A stretch of 52,761 nt of DNA from a virus. Taxonomy: Duplodnaviria > Caudoviricetes. Under the pieces are notes generated by a model. The model searched no databases and was not told the DNA's origin. It saw only the letters and a list, made by a program, of their open reading frames with translations. The stretch is taken from the IMG/VR virus record IMGVR_UViG_3300014492_000001, positions 1 through 52,761 of that record. The stretch is one strand, 5' to 3'. This document shows positions 27,102-35,344 of this stretch, one piece after another. Every line of letters begins with the position of its first letter. Position 1 is the first letter of the stretch. A program made the position numbers and the translations under genes.

Positions 27102-28177
27102 CAGATCAGAAAAAATTTAGCACGAACGTACTCGACGAAATAAAAAAGCTGAGCGAGCGATTAAAAACAGAAGCCGCAGGGAGACAGCCCCAGAAGCCGC
27201 TCAGTTTTGGAATTAAATATTTGGATGACTGTCTTGGAGGAATTAGAACAAGCGACTTTATTGTTCTCGGATCGAAGACCGGAGTAGGAAAGACCCAGGC
27301 AGCAACCATTTGTGCCCTTGCAAACGCAGATCACAAGAGGATTCATTTCTTTGCACTCGAAGCGGAAAAGGACGAAATTGAGCGCCGGATCAAATACGCG
27401 ATGGTTGCTCATCACGTTTACGGATCAATGAAGAGCAAATTCAAAGACAAGCATTTCAACTACATGGATTGGATGAATGGAAAGTTTAACGAAATCTTAG
27501 ATCCACTCAATCCAGAATTCGACGCTCTCTTGTCAGAAAAATATCCAGGGTTAAATACTTACTACCAAGGCAAGAGCAACTTGAACGAAAACAACATCTC
27601 GCAGGTAATTCTTTCGATTCAAGACCAGACGGATTTAATCATTATCGATCATCTGCATTACTTCGACTTTGAAAACGAGAATGAGAACCTCGCTATGAAA
27701 ACTTTAGTCAAGAATCTCAAAACACTTTCGCAAGACTGTTCCAAGCCTATTTTGATGCTGGCACACCTCAGAAAATCAGACAGGAGATTTCAATCGATTG
27801 TTCCAAACATCGAAGATTTTCACGGCTCCAGCGACATCACCAAGATAGCAACGAAGGTCGTTTTGCTCGCACCCTCAGACGGGGAGACCGGAGATCTCTA
27901 CAAATACCCGACTTATATTTCAGCCGTAAAAAACAGGTATGATTCATCGCGGGCCAGGTATACGGCTGTCTGCGCCTACGATGTGAAAAGGAACGGATAT
28001 GAAGAAAAGTACCACATCGGCAAGGTTAACTCCGCGCAGGATGAGTTCAAAGAATGTGAAGAAAAAGAGATCCCCTACTGGGCGGTTAGCGCAAACAGGC
28101 AGGCTAGAGAAGTACCTAAAGTGGAAACTAAAGACCGGCGTAGTATTCAAAGATCATTCTATGAACCGAATGATTAG
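27098..28177 (+). CDS. DnaB-like replicative helicase
   Basis: Walker A GSKTGVGKT, 'FALE', 'IIIDHLH', 'GSSDI'. Confidence 0.88.
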   Translation: MTDQKKFSTNVLDEIKKLSERLKTEAAGRQPQKPLSFGIKYLDDCLGGIRTSDFIVLGSKTGVGKTQAATICALANADHKRIHFFALEAEKDEIERRIKYAMVAHHVYGSMKSKFKDKHFNYMDWMNGKFNEILDPLNPEFDALLSEKYPGLNTYYQGKSNLNENNISQVILSIQDQTDLIIIDHLHYFDFENENENLAMKTLVKNLKTLSQDCSKPILMLAHLRKSDRRFQSIVPNIEDFHGSSDITKIATKVVLLAPSDGETGDLYKYPTYISAVKNRYDSSRARYTAVCAYDVKRNGYEEKYHIGKVNSAQDEFKECEEKEIPYWAVSANRQAREVPKVETKDRRSIQRSFYEPND

Positions 28178-28287
28178 GACGCTTTTATCGGAGTTTAAAA
28201 CGATGAAAAATAGAACAGATTTATTTTAAAAACAGCTTTACAAACAACGAACAAGAAGTAATACAAAAAGAACGGGGAATTTCCAGA

Positions 28288-29196
28288 ATGGAAAACAAAG
28301 AATACGATTTCAAAAAATATCTTAAATCTTGGAAGGAAGAAAAGTTCGTCGAGAACCTTCCTGAAGAGATCTACCACGCAGAAGAGGCCCTCAGCTCCGG
28401 TCAGCTTTCAGCGATTATCAATCCCGATTACGGAATTCATCGTCTCTTCGCAGAAAAGACACTAGGCTTAAAAAAAGAAGCCACTGAGGCGCAAAGCTTT
28501 GGGAGCAAGTTTCATAAGGCAGTTTTAGAGCGCGACGAATTTCTAAGACGCTACAAAGTTGTTCCAGAATTTACAGGCCTAACGAAAGATGGAAGACCCT
28601 CCACACAATCAGCCGAAGCAAAAGCAAAGAAGGCAGCCTGGTACGCGGACCAGCCCAAAGATGCGATTATCGTAGAGAGCGCCGAAGAACGGGACCAACT
28701 TTCTGGAATGCTTGAATCACTTTTGAAACACAAAGAGGCGGCGGACTTGTTGAAGGGCGGGATTACAGAGCTTTCGGGGTTCTTTAATTTGAACGGCTTT
28801 CGATGCAGAACTAGGGTCGATATTTTCCGCGAAGATATTAATACGATCATCGATCTCAAGACGACTAGGAATGCCTACAGTCAGGAGTTCGAGAAGCAGA
28901 TAGTAAAGAATTTTTATTTCATCCAAGCGTGGCTCTACCTAGCGGGAGCGATCAAGATTACGAAGCGCAAGAACATGAAATTCAAGTTCATCGCGGTCGA
29001 AAAAGAACCGCCGTATCTCGTTACGGTTCAGGAGATCGGAGAATCTATGTTGACCTGCGGAGATATTCTAGCGAACCAAGCGATGTCTAAACTCAATGCT
29101 GCGATCAACAGCGGAGTTTGGCTCCCAGAACCCCAGATGACCTACATGGCAGAAGCCCCAGAATGGATGCTCAAGAAATTGGAAGGACAAGTATGA
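28288..29196 (+). CDS. RecE/ExoVIII-like PD-(D/E)xK exonuclease (DUF3799-like)
   Basis: 'YHAEEALSSG', 'GSKFH', 'RTRVD...IIDLKT', 'FIAVEKEPPY'. Confidence 0.88.
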   Translation: MENKEYDFKKYLKSWKEEKFVENLPEEIYHAEEALSSGQLSAIINPDYGIHRLFAEKTLGLKKEATEAQSFGSKFHKAVLERDEFLRRYKVVPEFTGLTKDGRPSTQSAEAKAKKAAWYADQPKDAIIVESAEERDQLSGMLESLLKHKEAADLLKGGITELSGFFNLNGFRCRTRVDIFREDINTIIDLKTTRNAYSQEFEKQIVKNFYFIQAWLYLAGAIKITKRKNMKFKFIAVEKEPPYLVTVQEIGESMLTCGDILANQAMSKLNAAINSGVWLPEPQMTYMAEAPEWMLKKLEGQV

Positions 29197-30350
29197 CCAC
29201 GCAAGGAGTAACAGATGCAACTAGGGGAAAGATTTTGGTCAAAGGTAAAGAAAACGGAGACGTGTTGGATATGGACGTCGGCGAAAAACAAGGCGGGGTA
29301 CGGGTGTTATCAGATTTATCCAAAAACGCACCTATCTCACAGGCTCAGCTACCAGGAAAAACACGGAGCAATTCCACAGAAAATTGGAGTTCTGCACCAG
29401 TGCGACAACCCTCCTTGCGTGAATCCGGACCATCTGTTCCTGGGGGATCAACTAGCAAACATGAAGGATGCGGCTCAGAAGGGGAGGGTCAGAAACGGCC
29501 ACATGAACCAGAAGGAATGCCACAGAGGGCACCTACTATCGGGGAGCAATATCTACACGAGCAAAAAGGGAATGAGAATGTGCCGCAAGTGCAGCAGAAA
29601 ATGGAAGGCAGAGTACTACCGGAAGACAGTAAATCCAAACGCCAAACCATACAAGCGCAGGGGAACGGAGTACTAGTTGGAACTAGTTTTGAGGATCAAT
29701 ACCGAATTGCTAAGGCATACCACGCCTCTGGTTTAATGCCGAAATCTTTAAACTCAACTGAGAAGGTGCTAGTTGCCATGCAACTTTGCAGGGAGCTTGG
29801 CCTTCCAGTGATCTCTTCTCTCGGAAAGATTATGGTTGTGAACCAAGTCCCAGCGATATTCGGAGACCTACCTCTGGCGCTAGTTTTAAGCTCTGGGAAG
29901 GTGGAGGATTATCGAGATGATTTTGAACAAAAAGACGGTAAGCCTTACGCTTCTACGTTTACGGTGAAGAGGAAAAACCTATCACCAGTTATTCGAAGAT
30001 TCACGCTTGACGACGCAAAGAACGCCGGTCTTTTCAGGAATGATATTTGGAGCAAATACCCACAGAGAATGCTCCAATGCCGAGCCAGGGCTTGGGCACT
30101 TAAAGACGCATTTCCAGATGTTCTCTCGGGCGTCTTTATCGCAGAATACGACTTTAACACAGTCGTAGAGCAAGCGAGCGAATCAACACCATCTACGAGA
30201 GCAATGGATCGCCTTAACTCTCTCGCAGAACCAGATCCAATTGTTTTACCGAAAGAAGAAATTGAAATGAGCAGTGAACCAGAGTTCGATCCGAGCTTTG
30301 ACATAATAGGAGAAGAGAATGAGCCAGCAGCCCCTAGAATTGGAAGTTGA
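29193..30350 (+). CDS. RecT/Bet-like single-strand annealing protein; N-terminal part overprinted with an HNH gene
   Basis: 'WSKYPQRMLQCRARAWALKDAFPDVLSG'; ATG 29193 overlaps the exonuclease stop (ATGA). Confidence 0.82.
   Translation: MTTQGVTDATRGKILVKGKENGDVLDMDVGEKQGGVRVLSDLSKNAPISQAQLPGKTRSNSTENWSSAPVRQPSLRESGPSVPGGSTSKHEGCGSEGEGQKRPHEPEGMPQRAPTIGEQYLHEQKGNENVPQVQQKMEGRVLPEDSKSKRQTIQAQGNGVLVGTSFEDQYRIAKAYHASGLMPKSLNSTEKVLVAMQLCRELGLPVISSLGKIMVVNQVPAIFGDLPLALVLSSGKVEDYRDDFEQKDGKPYASTFTVKRKNLSPVIRRFTLDDAKNAGLFRNDIWSKYPQRMLQCRARAWALKDAFPDVLSGVFIAEYDFNTVVEQASESTPSTRAMDRLNSLAEPDPIVLPKEEIEMSSEPEFDPSFDIIGEENEPAAPRIGS
29215..29676 (+). CDS. HNH endonuclease nested in another frame of recT
   Basis: 'ERFWSKV..TETCWIW', 'VLHQCDNPPCVNPDHLFLG', 'CHRGH'; SD AGGAG. 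Confidence 0.92.
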   Translation: MQLGERFWSKVKKTETCWIWTSAKNKAGYGCYQIYPKTHLSHRLSYQEKHGAIPQKIGVLHQCDNPPCVNPDHLFLGDQLANMKDAAQKGRVRNGHMNQKECHRGHLLSGSNIYTSKKGMRMCRKCSRKWKAEYYRKTVNPNAKPYKRRGTEY

Positions 30351-30807
30351 AGAGAGGAAAGTTACGCGTTTAGTTCAGGTTGAATTAAGCGTAGCAGATC
30401 ACGCGCAACTTCATAAAGACAGTTGTTCCAAGAAAGCCGAGATCCATGATTTGGAAACCGCTTTCAAAGTAAAGCAAGAAGAACATAAAGCAGCCCTCAG
30501 GGGCTTAGAGGCCGAACTTGATTCGATCATCGACAAGCAAAGCGAAAGCAGAGAAGAAGAGTGCATCCAAAAAACCTTCTTCGAAAACAACCTTGTCCAA
30601 GTCTGGCACGGAGATAAGCTCATCGAAGAAAGAGCGCTCACGGCAGAAGAACGGCAAATGCACCTTGGACCAATTCAACACGGGACGGTTGTTGGGGCTG
30701 AAGAAGACACAGCAGAAGTTACTCCAGAAGAGTTTAACGAAGATCTTTCCGAAACAATGAGAGAAGAACGTAAAGCAACGAAAATGAGTTTGGTGGATTT
30801 AAGATAG
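30319..30807 (+). CDS. Acidic coiled-coil hypothetical protein
   Basis: SD AGGAG; plausible composition. Confidence 0.65.
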   Translation: MSQQPLELEVEERKVTRLVQVELSVADHAQLHKDSCSKKAEIHDLETAFKVKQEEHKAALRGLEAELDSIIDKQSESREEECIQKTFFENNLVQVWHGDKLIEERALTAEERQMHLGPIQHGTVVGAEEDTAEVTPEEFNEDLSETMREERKATKMSLVDLR

Positions 30808-30897
30808 TTTCGCTGTATCCCCGAAATGCGCGAAACGGAAGGTAGGGAATCGGAGCACTGGGTCGTACCCGGAGGTTGACTGACCCTACCTTTTTTT
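30808..30897 (+). terminator. Two-hairpin structured element ending in a T7 tract
   Basis: TTTCGC/GCGAAA stem; AAGGTAGGG/CCCTACCTT stem with inner CTGGGT/ACCCGG. Confidence 0.6.
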
Positions 30898-30913
30898 AAA
30901 AAGGAGAAATGAA

Positions 30914-31150
30914 ATGGCAAAGTCAAAGTACAAAGTTGGAATGATGATTAACTACGCGGCCAAGGACACCCCCGAAGCCTATGGGAGAGTTACCGGAATT
31001 CTCACAACGAGAGAAGGCTACTACTACCAGGTTTTGGGAGCAGCCACGATGATCGACGAGGGAGACGTCAGAGCAGCTTATCGTCCGATTCATTCCAGAG
31101 CGAAGCGGAAGAAAGTTTCTAAGCCGGTAGAAGAACGGGTTGCACAGTGA
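30914..31150 (+). CDS. Small basic hypothetical protein (SH3-like 'KYKVG')
   Basis: SD AAGGAG. Confidence 0.6.
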   Translation: MAKSKYKVGMMINYAAKDTPEAYGRVTGILTTREGYYYQVLGAATMIDEGDVRAAYRPIHSRAKRKKVSKPVEERVAQ

Positions 31151-31497
31151 GCACGATGGAACCTGATCTAGTAGAAAGTACGGTTAAGAAATGGGAAGAG
31201 CGTCAAAAGAACAAGCCGGAGTCTATGCTTGCCCAAAACGAGGAAGAAATCGCCGCCCAAAGAAAACGAAACAGGAGCGCGACGATCAGCGCAGCGAAAA
31301 GCTTGTTCTGGAAAGAGCTAGGAAAGGGGTCTGTGCTGCGTGCGGCAAAATTGGCGGTCTTGATCCTGATCACCAAGTTACAAGAGGTGCCGGCGGTGGG
31401 GAGGAGTATTGGAACATTATGCCTTTATGTCGGAAAGAGCATGTACAAAGGCACTCTAAAGGGGTCCTCTGGCTCTCGGAAAAATACCCAGGAGTAA
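31147..31497 (+). CDS. Hypothetical protein overlapping the HNH gene
   Basis: GTGA-coupled start; charged helical N-terminal half. Confidence 0.4.
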   Translation: MSTMEPDLVESTVKKWEERQKNKPESMLAQNEEEIAAQRKRNRSATISAAKSLFWKELGKGSVLRAAKLAVLILITKLQEVPAVGRSIGTLCLYVGKSMYKGTLKGSSGSRKNTQE

Positions 31498-31562
31498 AGG
31501 CTTGGCTAATTCAAAATGGTTGGGAGTTTTGTGATTTACGAAAACGTTGGGTGCATAATTAA
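31191..31562 (+). CDS. HNH-like nuclease (HNHc/DUF968-like)
   Basis: 'CAACG...DPDHQVTRGAGGG....NIMPLCRKEH..RH'. Confidence 0.8.
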   Translation: MGRASKEQAGVYACPKRGRNRRPKKTKQERDDQRSEKLVLERARKGVCAACGKIGGLDPDHQVTRGAGGGEEYWNIMPLCRKEHVQRHSKGVLWLSEKYPGVKAWLIQNGWEFCDLRKRWVHN

Positions 31563-31663
31563 TGACAATCGAACCGACGACGTTTCTATTCTTAAGGGAT
31601 CTGCTAGCCGCCCTTTGCATTATCGGCCTTTTGAAAATCTAAAACTAAACAAGGAACCTAAAA

Positions 31664-31825
31664 ATGAAATTACTATCCCTCCTCCCCATAATTCTCCTGG
31701 CAAGCTGCTCGACTCTAACCGTAGTACCGAGTCCTAGCCCCTCAGCTTCACCCCAGGCGAGCGCTTCTCCCTCTCCGAGCACTGCCATGGAGATGGTCAA
31801 CACGGGAACGATTACGAATAAGTGA
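31664..31825 (+). CDS. 53-aa Pro/Ser-rich lipoprotein (absent from the ORF track)
   Basis: MKLLSLLPIILLASC (lipobox LASC), then PSPSPSASP; SD AAGGA. Confidence 0.7.
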   Translation: MKLLSLLPIILLASCSTLTVVPSPSPSASPQASASPSPSTAMEMVNTGTITNK

Positions 31826-31862
31826 CAACCTCAAAACGTAGCTTTAAATAGGAGGAGTTGAA

Positions 31863-32534
31863 ATGCAAGCACAAGAGCTTAAAAATATTTTAGAGAAACA
31901 TCGCAAATGGGTGATGGGCGAGACCGGCGGCGAGAGGGCGGACCTCCGCTCTGCGGACCTCCGCTCTGCGAACCTCCGCTCTGCGAACCTCCGCTCTGCG
32001 GACCTCAGCTATGCGGACCTCAGCTATGCGGACCTCAGCTATGCGAACCTCAGCTCTGCGGACCTCCGCTCTGCGGACCTCCGCTCTGCGGACCTCAGCT
32101 ATGCGAACCTCAGCTCTGCGGACCTCCGCTATGCGAACCTCCGCTCTGCGGACCTCAAAGAAATTAAAGAGGACTTTTTCAAAGTTCTTTCGATTTCTAA
32201 GAATGAGGTGGTTGGACTTTACGATGCTCTGATGCGCGGAAAGATAGATGGCTCTCAGTATCAAGGGGAGTGTGCGTGTCTCGTTGGAACCGTCGCGAAT
32301 ATTAGAAACGAGAAATACGACAACCTTGGAATTGATCTCAGACCCAATTCGGATCGTCTCGCTGAGAGATGGTTCCTCGGAATATCTAAGGGCGACATTC
32401 CAGCGAATAACGAGGTTTCCCGCGTAACCGTGTCTTGGGCAGAAGAGTTTATGACTGAGAATGGCCTGTCTGTTCCTCAGTACAAGCTTATTTCTAATCT
32501 TGAGCGTCTGGAACTTTTCAAAACGCATCTTTAA
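31863..32534 (+). CDS. Pentapeptide-repeat protein
   Basis: About 15 A(D/N)Lxx repeats (15-bp DNA unit, ~31937-32157); SD AGGAGG. Confidence 0.92.
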   Translation: MQAQELKNILEKHRKWVMGETGGERADLRSADLRSANLRSANLRSADLSYADLSYADLSYANLSSADLRSADLRSADLSYANLSSADLRYANLRSADLKEIKEDFFKVLSISKNEVVGLYDALMRGKIDGSQYQGECACLVGTVANIRNEKYDNLGIDLRPNSDRLAERWFLGISKGDIPANNEVSRVTVSWAEEFMTENGLSVPQYKLISNLERLELFKTHL

Positions 32535-32548
32535 ACAGGAGGAGTTGA

Positions 32549-32758
32549 ATGAATAGCGAAATAAAAGCCCAAATATCATTTGGTCCAGAAATAACAATTC
32601 ATCTAATTGGTGGACACAGCCCATACATTTGGGTTGGGAGCGATGAAAATAATGGTTTTATTAGCGACCGCTCTATCAGAAAGCTCAAGCGATTTTGTGA
32701 TCATATTTTGGCCAAGAAGAAAAAGAAAACCTCAAAACGTAACCGGGTAGCGGGATAA
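32549..32758 (+). CDS. Small hypothetical protein
   Basis: SD AGGAGG. Confidence 0.6.
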   Translation: MNSEIKAQISFGPEITIHLIGGHSPYIWVGSDENNGFISDRSIRKLKRFCDHILAKKKKKTSKRNRVAG

Positions 32759-32768
32759 AGGGGAGTTT

Positions 32769-33374
32769 ATGATAGCGGCCTTGTTTGTTCTCAAAAATGG
32801 TCCTTACTTTGGAATTGACCAGGTCGATCCATGGGATGAGGACAGGGATGCTAAAAAATACCGGGGGCCTTTTAAGGTTGTCGCACATCCACCCTGCGAG
32901 CGATGGGGTCGTTACTGGTTTGGGGGGCCTAGCGTTACTATTCGAAAGAAGCTCGGGGATGATAACGGCTGTTTTGAGTTCGCCTTAGCGTGTGTAAGAA
33001 AATATGGCGGCGTTTTAGAGCACCCCGAAGCCTCTCACGCGTTTAAATATTACAAGCTTCCCATCCCGAAATGGAATGGAGGCTGGACTGACCCAGATGA
33101 GTTTGGAGGGCGCGCATGTTGCGTCGCTCAAGGGCACTATGGACACGCAGCTCGCAAGATGACTTGGCTCTATGGCGTAAACATCGACTTTCGTGAACTC
33201 ACATGGGGACCCTCAAAGAACGGCCTTCGTCTAGACGAAGGCTTTCACTCCAAGGAGGAAAGAGCTCGGGCCATAAAGACAGGTGTCTGCCAACGCTTGT
33301 CTGCAAGACAACGTAAACTCACCCCCGAGCAGTTTAGAGATTTGTTGATTGAGCTAGTGAACCCCAAATCGTAA
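32769..33374 (+). CDS. C5-cytosine-methyltransferase-like protein (minimal)
   Basis: 'VVAHPPC' (PC motif), 'VLEHP' (ENV-like), 'GHAARKMTWLY'. Confidence 0.6.
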   Translation: MIAALFVLKNGPYFGIDQVDPWDEDRDAKKYRGPFKVVAHPPCERWGRYWFGGPSVTIRKKLGDDNGCFEFALACVRKYGGVLEHPEASHAFKYYKLPIPKWNGGWTDPDEFGGRACCVAQGHYGHAARKMTWLYGVNIDFRELTWGPSKNGLRLDEGFHSKEERARAIKTGVCQRLSARQRKLTPEQFRDLLIELVNPKS

Positions 33375-33392
33375 CGCAAGGAGATTAGTTTT

Positions 33393-33524
33393 ATGAACTG
33401 CAAACACCCCCCTTGTCCCGAAGGATATCTGCAATGGCACTTTTGGGCAGAAGAGATGAGAAAGATGCATAAGCAGCTTAGGTGTGAGGGTTGCGGGCTT
33501 TATTCTATTTGGGTGAGAAGATGA
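33393..33524 (+). CDS. 43-aa Cys/His-rich small protein (absent from the ORF track)
   Basis: MNCKHPPCPEGYLQWH...CEGCGLY; SD AAGGAG; ATGA-coupled to the next gene. Confidence 0.6.
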   Translation: MNCKHPPCPEGYLQWHFWAEEMRKMHKQLRCEGCGLYSIWVRR

Positions 33525-33745
33525 AAAGCGCGAGGGTAGTGGCGGAAGCATTAGCAGAGCTATGTAGTTTACTAATGTCTCGGCAAGAGAAGATTGACTC
33601 AATAGAGCGAGTGTTGAACGAGTACGCGGATGCGAAGCTGGATGAACTTGTAAAGCTCGCTGTTATGACAGATCACGCCCATATGAATTATAGCTCGTTT
33701 CTACAGAGTGTTCACGCCCTGAAATCCCCCGCGCCCCAGACCTAA
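33521..33745 (+). CDS. Hypothetical protein
   Basis: ATGA overlap start. Confidence 0.5.
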   Translation: MKSARVVAEALAELCSLLMSRQEKIDSIERVLNEYADAKLDELVKLAVMTDHAHMNYSSFLQSVHALKSPAPQT

Positions 33746-33768
33746 AGTGAAAGAAGGAGAGGAAGAGA

Positions 33769-34011
33769 ATGACCCACGTATTAAAAATTTATTATGAACA
33801 CTATAAAAGAGTTGCTGAAGGCACAAAGACTTTCGAGATTCGAAATAATGATCGCGCCTTTCAGAAGGGCGACCGGGTCCAGCTAAGACCGTATGACCCC
33901 CATGGGGGACAAGACTATTCAGACTGTCTCCCGTTAGATCGAATTATCGGGGATGTTTATCCAATCGATGCCGACAGAGTCGTGTTTAGTCTTCTTGAGG
34001 TTTCCAAATGA
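33769..34011 (+). CDS. ASCH/PUA-like (DUF3850) protein
   Basis: 'HVLKI...GTKTFEIRNNDRAFQKGD'. Confidence 0.85.
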   Translation: MTHVLKIYYEHYKRVAEGTKTFEIRNNDRAFQKGDRVQLRPYDPHGGQDYSDCLPLDRIIGDVYPIDADRVVFSLLEVSK

Positions 34012-34391
34012 CCCAATCCCGCAGAATGCTGAAGATGAATTTAGAGCTAAAGAAGTCAGGACTATGGCCCATGAGTAAGAAGCTGTCGCCCGAAAGGCTG
34101 CAAGAAATTAGAGAATGGACGGGTAGTTCGAATCAATATTATCAGCAAGAACTCCTTGACCACATCGCGGCTCAGGATGCGGAGATAGAGACTTGGAAAC
34201 AGCGCTCAGTGATAAATGGGAAAGAAGCGTTTAAGTTGCAGGATGAGCGCGACTCCCTCCGAGCTCAGATCGACAAGGCGAAGGGAGCTTTAAAGAAAAT
34301 GGAAAACGAGTTCGTACAAAAACACGATGGTCCTGTGGTTACGAGGCACTATTATGCTCGTGACGTTCTCGCCGAACTGGAGAAGAAATGA
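34008..34391 (+). CDS. Coiled-coil hypothetical protein
   Basis: 'ERLQEIRE...ELLDHIAAQDAEIE'. Confidence 0.55.
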   Translation: MTQSRRMLKMNLELKKSGLWPMSKKLSPERLQEIREWTGSSNQYYQQELLDHIAAQDAEIETWKQRSVINGKEAFKLQDERDSLRAQIDKAKGALKKMENEFVQKHDGPVVTRHYYARDVLAELEKK

Positions 34392-34489
34392 TCATCTTTT
34401 CCTTTTCTTTCCCTTTTCAAACCCAGGTGGAGTTGGATCATACCCACTCGGACGTTCAAACTCATCGTCATCCATAGAAAGAGGTTAGC

Positions 34490-34951
34490 TTGATTTTATC
34501 GATCGACCCCGGAACCTTTGAAAGCGCTTTCGTCTTATTTGAGAAGGAAGGTACGAGAATCGTAAACTTCGCGAAGGTAAAGAATGAGATCCTCTTGGAA
34601 TCCTTAAGAATACCGAATCTCGATTTAAGTCTGTTGGCTATTGAGACGATGGAGAATCATGGGATGGCGGTGGGTGCCACAACCTACGACACTTGCCGCT
34701 ATATCGGAATGCTTCAGGAAGCCGGAAGACGGGTCCCTCAGCTCTTGATTAAAAGATCTCAGGTGAAGATGCATATCTGCAGAACGATGAAAGCCAAGGA
34801 CCCTAATATTCGCCAGGCACTCATAGACCGCTTCGGCGAGCCAGGGACTAAAAAGAAGCCGGGCAAGCTTTATGGTTTTAGCGGGGACTGCTGGAGCGCC
34901 CTAGCTATTGGATTGACGGCAGTGGAGACGATTACTAATATTCAGGCTTGA
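34490..34951 (+). CDS. RuvC-like Holliday junction resolvase
   Basis: 'ILSIDPG', 'LAIE', 'DCWSALAIG'. Confidence 0.8.
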   Translation: MILSIDPGTFESAFVLFEKEGTRIVNFAKVKNEILLESLRIPNLDLSLLAIETMENHGMAVGATTYDTCRYIGMLQEAGRRVPQLLIKRSQVKMHICRTMKAKDPNIRQALIDRFGEPGTKKKPGKLYGFSGDCWSALAIGLTAVETITNIQA

Positions 34952-35086
34952 GGATTGGGTCATCCAATCGGGGTGGGTACCATCTGCCCTTCAACCGGGA
35001 ACTTATCGAGCTAGCAGCTCATTCACATGGATAAGATTGCGGTCTGACACTTGACTGAAGATTAAAGACCGTAATACGCTCACAGT

Positions 35087-35341
35087 ATGACTGAACTCGA
35101 ACTCCCCGAAACCAACCTAGCCCCAGAAACCACCATCCACGATTGCCTAGAAGCAGCCGCAGACTCTAAGAGAACCCCAGGGGCTACTCCCGTGTTCTCA
35201 GTACGCATCCCAGAGGACGTAAAGAAGAAGGCAATGTTTATCTGCGAGCGGAATGTCACAGATCTAGGCTCTTACCTCAGACAATGCACGCTCGCCCTTG
35301 TTGAAGACTACGGCGTCCAAGTCGAACCCGATCAGGTGTAA
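35087..35341 (+). CDS. Ribbon-helix-helix-like small DNA-binding protein
   Basis: 'VFSVRIPEDVKKKA....DLGSYLR'; upstream TTGACT-18-TACGCT. Confidence 0.55.
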   Translation: MTELELPETNLAPETTIHDCLEAAADSKRTPGATPVFSVRIPEDVKKKAMFICERNVTDLGSYLRQCTLALVEDYGVQVEPDQV

Positions 35342-35344
35342 TCT

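Noticed and set aside
29211-29672. Intein in RecT
   Set aside because: The insert lacks an N-terminal Cys/Ser block and C-terminal His-Asn; the nuclease is in a different frame.
30808-30897. tRNA gene
   Set aside because: No cloverleaf, T-loop GTTCRA or CCA end; no tRNA recognised anywhere in the window.
31890-32624. Antisense and alternative-frame ORFs with AEVRR, CGPPL or RTSAL repeats
   Set aside because: By-products of the stop-free 15-bp repeat in the pentapeptide gene, which has the strong SD.
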